A program made the translations under genes and the position numbers. A stretch of DNA of 64,000 bases from an uncultured Gemmatimonadaceae bacterium (GTDB lineage: Bacteria > Gemmatimonadota > Gemmatimonadetes > Gemmatimonadales > Gemmatimonadaceae). Each line of letters opens with the position of its first letter. Position 1 is the first letter of the stretch. This document shows positions 29,266 to 39,070 of the stretch, in pieces. Location of the stretch: contig CAWAGQ010000014.1 of the NCBI GenBank assembly GCA_963781585.1, forward strand, positions 1 through 64,000, read 5' to 3'. A model generated the notes under the pieces. The model was not told where the DNA came from. It searched no databases and was given only the letters and a program-made list of their open reading frames with translations.

Positions 29266-31689
29266 TCATTCCGCCCGCATCGCCTCCACCGGATTGACCG
29301 AGAGCGCGCGCCGGGCCGGCACCAGGGTGGCGATCATCGCCACCGCCACCAGCACAACCGTCACCCCGCCCAGCACCACCGGATCGGTGGGGCTGGTGCC
29401 GAACAGCATCTGTCGCAGGGCGCGGGTGAGGCCGAACGCGCCCAGCAGGCCCAGGGCGGCGCCCGCGGCCCCCAGGAGCAACCCGTGTCCGACCACCAGA
29501 CGCAGGATCCGGCGCGACGAGGCGCCTAACGCCACCCGCACCCCGATTTCGTGGGTCCGCTGCGCGACCACGTAGGATACCACGCCATAGATGCCGACCG
29601 CCGCCAGCGCCAGCGCCAGCACCGCCAACGCGCCCAGCAGCCGAACAAAGAAACTCACCGGCGCGATCCAGTCGGCGAGGAATGACTCCATCGTGCCCAC
29701 CGACGTCAGGGGCTGACCGGGATCGACCGCCGTCACCGCCTGGCGCAGGGTGGGGATGAAGCCGGCCGGTGCACCGTGCGTGCGGACGAGAATCGAAATC
29801 GGCTGCGACGGCGACTGCGCGAACGATGTATAGATCAGCGGAGTCGGGCCCCGGCGTCCGAACGGACTGCCGACCGTGTTGACCACAATGCCCACCACCG
29901 TGAGCCACGGCGCGGTTTCGTCGCCGAGCCGCACGCGCTTCCCGATGGCGTTCTCGCCCGGCCACAGCGCCTCGGCTGCCGCGTCGTTCAGCACGGCCAC
30001 GCCGGCGGCGCCCGCGCCGTCGGCATCGGTGAACAGCCGGCCCGCGCGCAGGGGAATGCGCAGCACGTCGAAGTACCGCGGGGTCACGCCATGCGCAAAG
30101 CGCGGGACGACATTATCGGGCACAGGGGTCGACGAGCCTTCGCGGGTCACGGCCGACGCCGAGCCGACAAAGGTGCCGAGGAAACGCGTCGTTTCCAGCG
30201 CCGCCGCGTCGGCGTCGGGGGTGCGGCCTACCGCCGCCATGAGCTCCGTGCCGAACAGCCCGATCTGGTCGGCGCGCTGATAGCGCACCTGCACCAGGTC
30301 GGCGTTGGCCATCAGCACGCCGCGGGGGTCGTAGCCGAGATCGTCGGTCCGGCGCGACCGGAGGTACGTCTTGATCATGAGGCCCGCTCCGGCCAGGAGC
30401 ACCAGCGCCATCGCAAACTCCGAAACCACCAGGGCGCTGCGCAGCCGACCGCGCGACGCTGATGCGGAGGCATTCCGCTGCCCTTCCTTCAGCCGCTCGC
30501 GCAAGTCAGGACGCGAGATGCGCAGCGCCGGCACGATGCCGAAGGCCAGGCCCGTCACGATCGACGCGGTCAGCGTGAACAGCGCAACCCGCCAGTCCAC
30601 GCGGATGTCAATCCAGAATGGAATCTGCCCGGGGATCAGCGCCTTCACCACGTCCACCCCCCAGAGCGCCAGCAGCATGCCCAGTCCGCCACCCACCAGC
30701 GCCAGCAGGAGGCTCTCGGTGAGGAGCTGCCGCGCCACCCGCGCCCGCGACGCGCCTAACGCGGAGCGGACCGCAAAGTCCCGGGAGCGGCGCATCGCGC
30801 GCGCCAGCAGCAGGTTTGCCAGATTCGCGCACGCGATCAGCAGGACGAACGCCGAGGCGCCCAGCAGCAGCACGAACGGCGGTCCCGAGTCGGCATTCAG
30901 GTCGTCGCGGAGCGCGGTCGCTCCCGCCGTCCAGTTGGTGAACTCCCCGGGGTGCTCGGCCGCCAGCCCGGCGGCGAGGCTTGCCATTTCCCGATCGCCC
31001 TGGGCCACCGTCACTCCGGCCTTGAGGCGGGCGAGCACGCCAATGCTGCGGTCATCGCGGGATGCCGTGGTCGCGGTGGTCGCGATCGGCGTCCACAGTT
31101 CGGCGAATTCCGGAAATTTGAAGCCGGGCGGCATCACCCCCACCACCGTCGTCGCCGTCCCGTTCAGCACGATGGTGCGGCCCACCAGCGACGAATCGGC
31201 ACCGAACTGCCGCTGCCAGAGCGCGTGACTCAGCAGGACAACCGGGGCACCGCCGACGCGATCCTCGTCGGCCGCCATGGGTCGCCCCAGCACTGGGGCC
31301 ACGCCCAGAAGGGGGAAGAGGTCGGCAGACACGCGTCCCCCCTGGACCCGCTCCGGGCGTTCCGGTCCGACGACCGCGAACACGTCCTCGCGGTACGCCC
31401 CCATCTTCTCGAACGAGGTGGCGGCGGCGCGCCAGTCCAGGAACGTGGCATAGGAAGCGCCGACCGCACATCCTGCGCACAGGTCGTGGGGATTCAGTTC
31501 GTGCAGGTCGACGAGCCGGCCAGCGTCCCGGTAGGGCAGCGGCCGGAAGTGCACGGCGCTCACCAGGGAGAAGATCGTGCTGTTCACGCCGATGCCCAAT
31601 GTGATGGACAGGAGGGCGACCGCGGTGAAGCCGGGGGCCCGGCGCAGCGCGCGCACGGCGTAGCGAAAATCCTGGCGGAACGTGTCCAT
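29266..31689 (-). CDS. ADOP-type duplicated ABC permease (MacB-PCD/FtsX x2)
   Basis: MDTFRQDFRYAVRALRRAPGFT, LGIGVNSTIFS, VLLIACANLANLLLAR, GIYGVVSYVVAQRTHEIGVRVALGA, VPARRA. Confidence 0.95.
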   Translation of the reverse strand: MDTFRQDFRYAVRALRRAPGFTAVALLSITLGIGVNSTIFSLVSAVHFRPLPYRDAGRLVDLHELNPHDLCAGCAVGASYATFLDWRAAATSFEKMGAYREDVFAVVGPERPERVQGGRVSADLFPLLGVAPVLGRPMAADEDRVGGAPVVLLSHALWQRQFGADSSLVGRTIVLNGTATTVVGVMPPGFKFPEFAELWTPIATTATTASRDDRSIGVLARLKAGVTVAQGDREMASLAAGLAAEHPGEFTNWTAGATALRDDLNADSGPPFVLLLGASAFVLLIACANLANLLLARAMRRSRDFAVRSALGASRARVARQLLTESLLLALVGGGLGMLLALWGVDVVKALIPGQIPFWIDIRVDWRVALFTLTASIVTGLAFGIVPALRISRPDLRERLKEGQRNASASASRGRLRSALVVSEFAMALVLLAGAGLMIKTYLRSRRTDDLGYDPRGVLMANADLVQVRYQRADQIGLFGTELMAAVGRTPDADAAALETTRFLGTFVGSASAVTREGSSTPVPDNVVPRFAHGVTPRYFDVLRIPLRAGRLFTDADGAGAAGVAVLNDAAAEALWPGENAIGKRVRLGDETAPWLTVVGIVVNTVGSPFGRRGPTPLIYTSFAQSPSQPISILVRTHGAPAGFIPTLRQAVTAVDPGQPLTSVGTMESFLADWIAPVSFFVRLLGALAVLALALAAVGIYGVVSYVVAQRTHEIGVRVALGASSRRILRLVVGHGLLLGAAGAALGLLGAFGLTRALRQMLFGTSPTDPVVLGGVTVVLVAVAMIATLVPARRALSVNPVEAMRAE

Positions 31690-31750
31690 GGGCAGGCCCC
31701 TGGCCGTCACGCCAGTGACGGCCACTGATACATCCGGGAAATGTGGGAGT

Positions 31751-32491
<741 letters not shown>

Positions 32492-32601
32492 GGTTCGATG
32501 CTCGTAGGTCGAGGGACGGAAACGGTCAGGGATCCAGTGCTATCGAATTGGTCTCGTCTTTGGTCCGGGCGTTCGCGCTGCGATCCCCGACCTCCGACCC
32601 A

Positions 32602-33846
32602 TCAGTTGATTCTCACCTTGTTCGAATTGTCGAAGGGCGACATGTCGGAGATGATCACCTTGTCGCCCGGCTGCAGGCCCGCGACGACCTCGATCTGATT
32701 CACCGACGCCTTGCCGAGCTGCACGTTCGTGCGAATGGCGGTCTTGCCGTCGGATTCCAGCTTGAACAGCCCGACTGTACTCTCCGCCTGACCGTAGGCC
32801 GGCCGGCCAACGTACATCACGTTCGCGAGTCGGTCGATCTCGATGGTGCCGTCCACGGTCAGGTCGGCGCGGGCGCCAGGAGGCATGTCCCCTTCGAGCG
32901 CCACGTCCACCGCCACCGTCCCGGCGTTCGACACCGGGTCGACGCGAATCACGTGACCCGGGATGATCGCCGGACGCGTGTCCACATCCACCCTCTGCCC
33001 CACCACCACGTCCTTGGCCTGCGTGTCGGGAACGTGCAGCACCGCCTTGAAGCGTCCCGGCTGCGCCACCCGCGCCAGCTCCTGACCGGGCACCACCCAT
33101 TGTCCGTCCTCGAGACTGAGCGTCTGGAGCACCCCGTCGAGACCAGCGGTCACGTGCAGCGACGCGAGGCGCTCCTGGTGGAAGGCCGCCACCGCCTTGA
33201 GCCGGTCGACGTTGGCCGCGGCCATCTTGAGCTGTTCGCCGGCGGCGGTGGTCATGCCGTCCAGCCGCCGCTGCTCGATGTCGAGCCGCGTGCTCAACTC
33301 GTCGGCGGTCTCCCGCGCGCTCTTCGCCTCGTTAGGCGACGTGAGGTGTTTGGGCAGCAGGCTGTCCTGCAGCGCTACGTTGCGCAGGGCAGCGCTGTAC
33401 TGCGTCTTCAGCGTGGCGATGGCGCCTTCCTGCGCGAGGCGGTTCGACTCGAGGTTGGTGCGGAGCGTGACCTGATCCTGTTCGGCCTGGGTCACGTTGC
33501 GCTGGGCCTCGAGCATCTGCAGTTGCTCGTCGGGATTGCTCAGTTCCAGGATGACCGTCGACTTCGTCACCTGCGATCCCGGGCGCAGCGGACGCGCCTC
33601 GACACGCCCGGCGGTTACCGCGGCGACGTAGCGCATGTTCTCCGAGACCAGGGTACCCGAGGCACGCACCTGTCTGATCAGCTCTCCCCGACGCACGGAA
33701 TCGATGATGACCTCGCCGCGAGCGACACTGGGAGGACGCGCTTCCAGTCTGCTCAACGCGACCGTGACTCCCGTGGCGGCTACGATCGCGCCCGCGATGA
33801 GGATGTTTCGCTTGGTTTTCTTGGGTGGTGCTCGCTTGACGTCCAC
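32602..33846 (-). CDS. Efflux periplasmic adaptor subunit (HlyD/MacA-like)
   Basis: N-terminal TM segment, VRRGELIRQVRASGTLV, coiled-coil hairpin, GLQPGDKVIISD. Confidence 0.9.
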   Translation of the reverse strand: MDVKRAPPKKTKRNILIAGAIVAATGVTVALSRLEARPPSVARGEVIIDSVRRGELIRQVRASGTLVSENMRYVAAVTAGRVEARPLRPGSQVTKSTVILELSNPDEQLQMLEAQRNVTQAEQDQVTLRTNLESNRLAQEGAIATLKTQYSAALRNVALQDSLLPKHLTSPNEAKSARETADELSTRLDIEQRRLDGMTTAAGEQLKMAAANVDRLKAVAAFHQERLASLHVTAGLDGVLQTLSLEDGQWVVPGQELARVAQPGRFKAVLHVPDTQAKDVVVGQRVDVDTRPAIIPGHVIRVDPVSNAGTVAVDVALEGDMPPGARADLTVDGTIEIDRLANVMYVGRPAYGQAESTVGLFKLESDGKTAIRTNVQLGKASVNQIEVVAGLQPGDKVIISDMSPFDNSNKVRIN

Positions 33847-33912
33847 GCGGACAGACCTTTCAACCGGGGTGAGACACTCTTTCTACGGCATAGCGTTGGC
33901 ACCATGTTTCAA

Positions 33913-33928
33913 TGAAAGGATTGTGCCC
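33913..33928 (-). promoter_or_regulatory. Possible sigma-54 -24/-12 promoter for the efflux/ADOP operon
   Basis: GGGCAC-N5-TTTCA on the minus strand about 70 nt upstream of the adaptor gene. Good -24 box, but -12 reads TTTC instead of TTGC. The operon encodes an NtrC-type activator. Confidence 0.3.
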
Positions 33929-34065
33929 TCGCGTTGATTCGTCGCAACGCGTTGTCGCGCATTGTGTTGGGCGGCCTCATGAGATGCCTGACCGGCACAT
34001 GGCTGTGCGCCGGTGGGACTCGACGTCCCGGAACCGGACAGCGCCCTGGGGACCTCGGCTGTGAC

Positions 34066-34749
34066 CTATCGCCCTTTCCCCGCCGTGTCCACCGCGGCGA
34101 GCAGACGCCGAGCGCCCAGCCAGTGGCGCGTGTACCACGACCCGCGCTCGCCGATAATCGACTCCACCACCTGGCGTCGGGTGGTGCTGGCGTGCACGAA
34201 GTGTCCGTCACCCACGTAGATGCCAACGTGCGTCACCCCCTTCCCGGCGCCGAACGTCAGCAGATCCCCGGGGCGCAGCCGGGAGGTGTCGCGCTCGACC
34301 GCGCGCCCCACCAACGACTGGCTTCTCGCCGTGCGTGGCACGTCGAGGCGCAACAGCGACAGGACGAACCGAACGAGCCCGCTGCAATCGAAGCCGCGCG
34401 CGGGACTCTCGGCCCCCCACCGATAGTGTATTCCCAGCTGGGCGCGAACCAGCGTGACGATGGAATCCTGCAGTTCTTCCGCGTCCAGCGACTCGCCCGG
34501 CGCAGCAGCCGAGTCCGCGGCGGCAGCGGCGATCGCGACTGCCGCGCGGGAGCCCGCCACGATCGGCAGCGAACCAACAACCGAGTGGAGCCTGGCCGAA
34601 GCGGAGTCACGGAGTCGCTCAGCCGATGCGCTGAAGGCTTCGAACGGTTTTCGTCGCGCCAATCCGCTCGATGGCGAGAACTGTCCGGCGACCATCGAGG
34701 GTCCGGCCAGCATGAGCGAGGCGGCAACAACGAGGACGCGACGCAGCAA
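34066..34749 (-). CDS. NlpC/P60 (C40) peptidoglycan endopeptidase
   Basis: Signal peptide, GIHYRWGA, GFDCSGLV, PGDLLTF, THVGIYVGDGHFVHAS. Confidence 0.93.
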   Translation of the reverse strand: MLRRVLVVAASLMLAGPSMVAGQFSPSSGLARRKPFEAFSASAERLRDSASARLHSVVGSLPIVAGSRAAVAIAAAAADSAAAPGESLDAEELQDSIVTLVRAQLGIHYRWGAESPARGFDCSGLVRFVLSLLRLDVPRTARSQSLVGRAVERDTSRLRPGDLLTFGAGKGVTHVGIYVGDGHFVHASTTRRQVVESIIGERGSWYTRHWLGARRLLAAVDTAGKGR

Positions 34750-34923
34750 GAAGTGTCGTTTCGCTATCGGTGGGTCGACCCCGGCGCATGCCGGACGATC
34801 GAGGCGAGCACGACTGAACTGCGCTTCAAGCTACGCGGACCCGCGTTCCGCGGTAGGGGTCGCCCCCGGGGGGCACGCCACGCTGGTGCCGATCTCGCTC
34901 CTGATTGCAACCATCACGTGCCG

Positions 34924-34944
34924 ATATGTTGTCTCATGATATAT
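34924..34944 (+). promoter_or_regulatory. Candidate PadR autoregulatory operator overlapping the padR start
   Basis: AT-rich imperfect palindrome ATATGT-N9-ATATAT in GC-rich surroundings. Confidence 0.35.
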
Positions 34945-35287
34945 GATCCTCGACTTCTTCGGGCGCGAAGTGAAGCGCGGCAGTGCGGAACTGCTCATCC
35001 TGGCGCTACTCGAACACGAGCCGCGTCACGGATATGAGATCGCGAAGCTCATCGAGCGGCGCTCTCGAGGCGCGATCTCGTTTCATCTGGGCTCACTCTA
35101 TCCGTCGCTCTACCGCCTCGAGGGGCGCGGCCTGATCGAGGGACGGTGGGTGGAGCGCGCAGGTGAACGACGACGTCGCTACTACCGGATTTCCGCCGAG
35201 GGCCGACGCGCTCTCGCCGAGCAGCGCAGCCGCTGGCGTGAATTCATCGACGGCCTGGAGCGGGCCGCCGGTCTCCGGCCCGCCTGA
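34943..35287 (+). CDS. PadR family transcriptional regulator
   Basis: GSAELLILALL, PRHGYEIAK, GSLYPSLYRLE, RRRYYRISAEGR. Confidence 0.93.
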   Translation: MILDFFGREVKRGSAELLILALLEHEPRHGYEIAKLIERRSRGAISFHLGSLYPSLYRLEGRGLIEGRWVERAGERRRRYYRISAEGRRALAEQRSRWREFIDGLERAAGLRPA

Positions 35288-38043
35288 TGACAGTGGATTG
35301 GCGCGGTCAGGTCAGAGCGGTACTCCGGGACATCACCGGCGACCCGGCTCGCGATGAGGAGATCGTCGAGGAGCTCGCCGAGTATCTGGCCGAGCGGTAC
35401 GCCGAACACGTGGCGTCGGGAGCGACCCCGACCGACGCGCTCGCGCGGACCACCGCGGAACTCCGGGAAAACGAACGCCTGTCGCCTGCCTTGCGGCGCG
35501 CCGATCGGCCCAGGTCGGTCCATCCGATTCCACCACCGCAAACGGAGGAAAAATCCGTGTTCAGGGACTTCCGGCAGGACATCGGATACGCCGCCCGCCT
35601 GTTGTGGCGCAGCAAGGGGTTCACAATCGCGGCCGTGCTCACCCTTGGGCTGGGAATCGGCGCCACCACCGCGATCGTGAGCGTGGTGGATCGCGTTCTC
35701 CTGCGTCCCACGCCACTGGCCGACCCCGGCCGGTTGATGATGGTGTGGGAAACGGACCGGAACAGCGGCACGACGCGCGAGCCGTCGTCGCTCCCCGACT
35801 ACCTGGACTTCGTGAACCGAAGCCGACAGTTCGCCAGCCTGGCGGCGTTCATGGGAGGGGAGGCTACCCTCTCGCCTAACGATGGAGATCCGATGCGGCT
35901 GGCGGGTCTGGCCGTGACGCACGGTTTCCTCTCCACGCTGGGCATCCGGCCGCTGGTCGGACGGGCGTTCTCGCCGGACGAAGACCGGCCCGGCGGGCCG
36001 GCGGTGGTGCTGATCAGCGAGGGGCTCTGGGAGCGTCTGTTTCAGCGACGCCCCGATGTGATAGGTCAGACGATCCGGATCAACGACCGCGATCAGACCG
36101 TCGTCGGGGTCATGGCGCGCGACGCGGACTTCGGCGTGATGCAGGTATTGGGTGAAGCGGCCTACAGTCGCGCGTTCGCGGACCGCGACCTGCGAAGTCG
36201 CGTGGATGTCTGGATACCGCTGGCGGGCGATCCCGCGAGCCTGCCGAGGGAGACGCATCCCATCTTCGTGATCGGCCGCCTCGCGTCCGGAGCCACACGG
36301 ACCACCGCTCAGAGTGAGATGACCGCGATCGCGGCCGATCTGGAGCGCGCGTACCCCTCGAATCGGGCACGGGGCGCCTTCATCGAGCCGGTCCCCGACG
36401 TCGTCTTCGGTCGGGTACGCCCGGCGCTCCGCGTGCTGCTCGCCGCGGTCGCTGCCGTGCTGCTCATCGCCTGTGTCAACGTGGCCAACCTGCTGCTCGC
36501 CCGCGGCACCGTGCGAGCCAGAGAAGTCGCGCTGCGAACCGCACTCGGTGCCGCCACGTCAAGACTGCTGCGGCAATTCGTCGCCGAGAGCCTGGTGCTC
36601 ACGCTCGTCGCGGTGCTGCTTGGCGTGGCGCTGGCCGCAGCGGGCCTGCGCGCACTGCTGACCCTGGCGCCAGCCGACATTCCCCGCCTGACGTCGGTGG
36701 CGATTGACCTGCGCGTCTTCGGCATCGCACTCGCGATCGCGGTCGTGACCGGACTGGTGTTCGGCCTCGTGCCCGTGTGGCAGGCACGGCGGCTCGACGT
36801 TCAGGGTGCCCTCAAGTCCGACGACGACCGCGGCGCTTCCGCGGGGCGCGGCGGCGCCGCGGTGCGTTCTTCGCTGGTGGTGGGAGAAATCGCGTTGTCG
36901 GTTGTGCTGGTGATTGCCACCGGACTGCTGATCAAGAGTTTCTGGCGGGTCGAGCACGTGGACGCCGGCTTCGATGCCCGGCAGGTTGTGAAGGCGGAGT
37001 TCCAGCTGCCACCCAGCCGCTATCCCGCGGAGATGCGTCTGTGGCCCAATTTCGTGGCGGCGCGCCAGTTCAATGACGAACTCCTGAGACGCGTGCGGTC
37101 GCTGCCGGGAGTCGAGACAGCGGCCATCGCCGGCAACCATCCGCTCGACGCCGGCTTCACGAATTCCTTCCAGCTGGTGGGACGCGAGAGCGAGGCGCGA
37201 GACTGGCCGGAGATCTCGGTGCGACGGATGACGCCCGACTACTTCAGCACGGTGCGGCTCGCCCTGCGCCGGGGGCGACTGTTTGCTGATCGCGACAACG
37301 CCGAGGCTCCCCCGGTTGCCGTCATCAACGAGGCCGCTTCACGACGGTTCTTCGCGGGGAGGGAGGCGCTGGGGCAGCAGATCCGCTTCTGGGGATTCAC
37401 GCGAGCCATCATCGGCGTGGTGGCGGACGAGCGCTTTCACGGGCTGACCACCGCGAGCCCGCCTGCCGTCTACATTCCGCTGGCCCAGGCTCCATCGATC
37501 GACGGATCCGAAGTGCTGCTGGTGCGAGGGGCCACCCCTCCGGCCTCGCTCGAAGCCGCCGTCCGCGAGTCGATCACGGCGATCGATCCTCAGCTGGCGG
37601 TGTTCGGGATGGAGGCGCTCGAGGCCACAGTCTCTGAATCCATCGGACAGCGGCGCTTTCTTGTGCTGCTGCTGGCGGTCTTCGCCGCGCTCGCGCTGGC
37701 CCTGGCTGCGATCGGGATTCATGGGGTACTCAGCTACGCCGTCGCAAACCGGCGTCGCGAGATCGGCATCCGGATGGCGTTAGGCGCATCGCCGGACCGG
37801 GTCACGCGTCTGGTGCTCGGCCAGGGCCTGCGGCTCACCATCGTGGGGGTCACGATCGGGCTGGCCGGCACCCTGGCCGTGCGGCGACTGTTCGTCGCGC
37901 TCCTGTTCGACGTCGCGGCGACCGATGTGGCGACCATCGCAATCACACTCCCGGTGCTGACCGGGGTGGCATTGCTGGCGGCCTACGTGCCGGCACGGCG
38001 CGCCGTGCGGGTTGACCCCCTGGCGTCGCTCCGGCAGGAGTGA
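35287..38043 (+). CDS. ADOP-type duplicated ABC permease with N-terminal helical prefix domain
   Basis: Prefix EEIVEELAEYL...G, then QDIGYAARLL, LGIGATTAI, VLLIACVNVANLLLARG, REIGIRMALGA, VPARRAVRVDP; coupled to padR (TGATG). Confidence 0.95.
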   Translation: MTVDWRGQVRAVLRDITGDPARDEEIVEELAEYLAERYAEHVASGATPTDALARTTAELRENERLSPALRRADRPRSVHPIPPPQTEEKSVFRDFRQDIGYAARLLWRSKGFTIAAVLTLGLGIGATTAIVSVVDRVLLRPTPLADPGRLMMVWETDRNSGTTREPSSLPDYLDFVNRSRQFASLAAFMGGEATLSPNDGDPMRLAGLAVTHGFLSTLGIRPLVGRAFSPDEDRPGGPAVVLISEGLWERLFQRRPDVIGQTIRINDRDQTVVGVMARDADFGVMQVLGEAAYSRAFADRDLRSRVDVWIPLAGDPASLPRETHPIFVIGRLASGATRTTAQSEMTAIAADLERAYPSNRARGAFIEPVPDVVFGRVRPALRVLLAAVAAVLLIACVNVANLLLARGTVRAREVALRTALGAATSRLLRQFVAESLVLTLVAVLLGVALAAAGLRALLTLAPADIPRLTSVAIDLRVFGIALAIAVVTGLVFGLVPVWQARRLDVQGALKSDDDRGASAGRGGAAVRSSLVVGEIALSVVLVIATGLLIKSFWRVEHVDAGFDARQVVKAEFQLPPSRYPAEMRLWPNFVAARQFNDELLRRVRSLPGVETAAIAGNHPLDAGFTNSFQLVGRESEARDWPEISVRRMTPDYFSTVRLALRRGRLFADRDNAEAPPVAVINEAASRRFFAGREALGQQIRFWGFTRAIIGVVADERFHGLTTASPPAVYIPLAQAPSIDGSEVLLVRGATPPASLEAAVRESITAIDPQLAVFGMEALEATVSESIGQRRFLVLLLAVFAALALALAAIGIHGVLSYAVANRRREIGIRMALGASPDRVTRLVLGQGLRLTIVGVTIGLAGTLAVRRLFVALLFDVAATDVATIAITLPVLTGVALLAAYVPARRAVRVDPLASLRQE

Positions 38044-38059
38044 GGGGACACACGCCGGG

Positions 38060-38087
38060 GGTCAGTCGCCAAGGGTCAAAGGCCAAG
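38060..38087. repeat. Short degenerate heptamer array after the ADOP stop
   Basis: GGTCAGT CGCCAAG GGTCAAA GGCCAAG. Confidence 0.45.
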
Positions 38088-38143
38088 TGGCCGGGCAACC
38101 CGTTCCGAGGTTAGAGCCTGCTCATACAGGAAGGAATTCCCCC

Positions 38144-38172
38144 TCAAGCCGGCGCGGACCCCAGTCGAGACT
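38144..38172 (+). promoter_or_regulatory. Bipartite motif TCAAGCCG-N12-GTCGAGACT (sigma-28-like)
   Basis: A near-identical motif occurs at 54352-54323 on the minus strand, upstream of the other c-di-GMP operon. Confidence 0.45.
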
Positions 38173-38245
38173 CTGTTGAGAGGTTGCGGAAGCGCCCGTC
38201 GGGCGCTGTGTTGCCGCGCCGCCGGCCGTCAACAAACAGGGTCTC

Positions 38246-39070
38246 GTGAACCGACAGATACTCAGTACCGTCGCAGCAGCAGTCAGTGGGTTGTTCTGCA
38301 TGGCGGGCGCCGCGCAGGCGCAAGTCGACCTCGCGGTCGATGCCGGCGTGTCGAACGCCTACGTGTGGCGCGGGGTCACGTCGACCAATCGACCCGTGAT
38401 TCAGGCCGAGGCGATGGCCAGTGCACCGGTCGCCGGCGGATCGCTGCAGCTCGGCGCCTGGACGAACATCGAACCGCGGCGCTACAACGGCGTTGGTGAC
38501 ATCAGCTCGGTCTACGGCCGCCTCTCGTCCCCCGCGTTCACACAATACAGCGCGTGGCTGGAGCTGTCGCACGATGTGGCGGGCGCCACGCTGGTGGGCG
38601 GAACCACGGCGTATCTGTATCCGGCGGTAGCGGACCTGGCTTCGACGTACAATACCGTCGAGGCGTACGCATCGCTGGAGCTTCCTTTCCCGCTGGCGCC
38701 GAAGGTCGCGATCTACCAGGATCTGGTGGCGGTACGCGGGACCTACTTCGAGGGATCGTTCTCCGGCGATATCGCGCTTCACGGCGGCCATGCGCTCAGC
38801 GTCGGTGTGCTGGCCGCGGCGAGTCTGGCTCAGGGGCCTGATGCGAACGGCCGCGACGCCACCTACTTCGACCGCAACGGGATGACGCACCTGGACTTCT
38901 CGCTGTCGACGGACCTGCGCATTGGTGGGCTGTCGCTCACGCCCGAAGCGCACCTGATTCGCGGATTCGATCCTGAGACACGAATCACGGCGCCCGACGC
39001 CAACCGCGCCATCAAGGTCTGGGCCGGTGCCACGCTGCACTGGACCCACCGACTGGGTGTGTCACACTGA
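38246..39070 (+). CDS. Small outer-membrane beta-barrel protein (TorF/Gcw_chp-like)
   Basis: Signal peptide AQA-Q, SNAYVWRGVT...PVIQ motif, alternating beta-strand pattern. Confidence 0.7.
   Translation: MNRQILSTVAAAVSGLFCMAGAAQAQVDLAVDAGVSNAYVWRGVTSTNRPVIQAEAMASAPVAGGSLQLGAWTNIEPRRYNGVGDISSVYGRLSSPAFTQYSAWLELSHDVAGATLVGGTTAYLYPAVADLASTYNTVEAYASLELPFPLAPKVAIYQDLVAVRGTYFEGSFSGDIALHGGHALSVGVLAAASLAQGPDANGRDATYFDRNGMTHLDFSLSTDLRIGGLSLTPEAHLIRGFDPETRITAPDANRAIKVWAGATLHWTHRLGVSH

Noticed and set aside
33886..33901. CGGCATAGCGTTGGCA, a GG-N10-GC sigma-54-like site on the plus strand
   Set aside because: It points away from the efflux operon into the 3' end of an oppositely oriented gene.
38090..38135. 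c-di-GMP-I riboswitch upstream of the barrel/GGDEF operon (GGGCAACCC...)
   Set aside because: Lacks the GNRA loop and the GGACGCAAAGC-type core.
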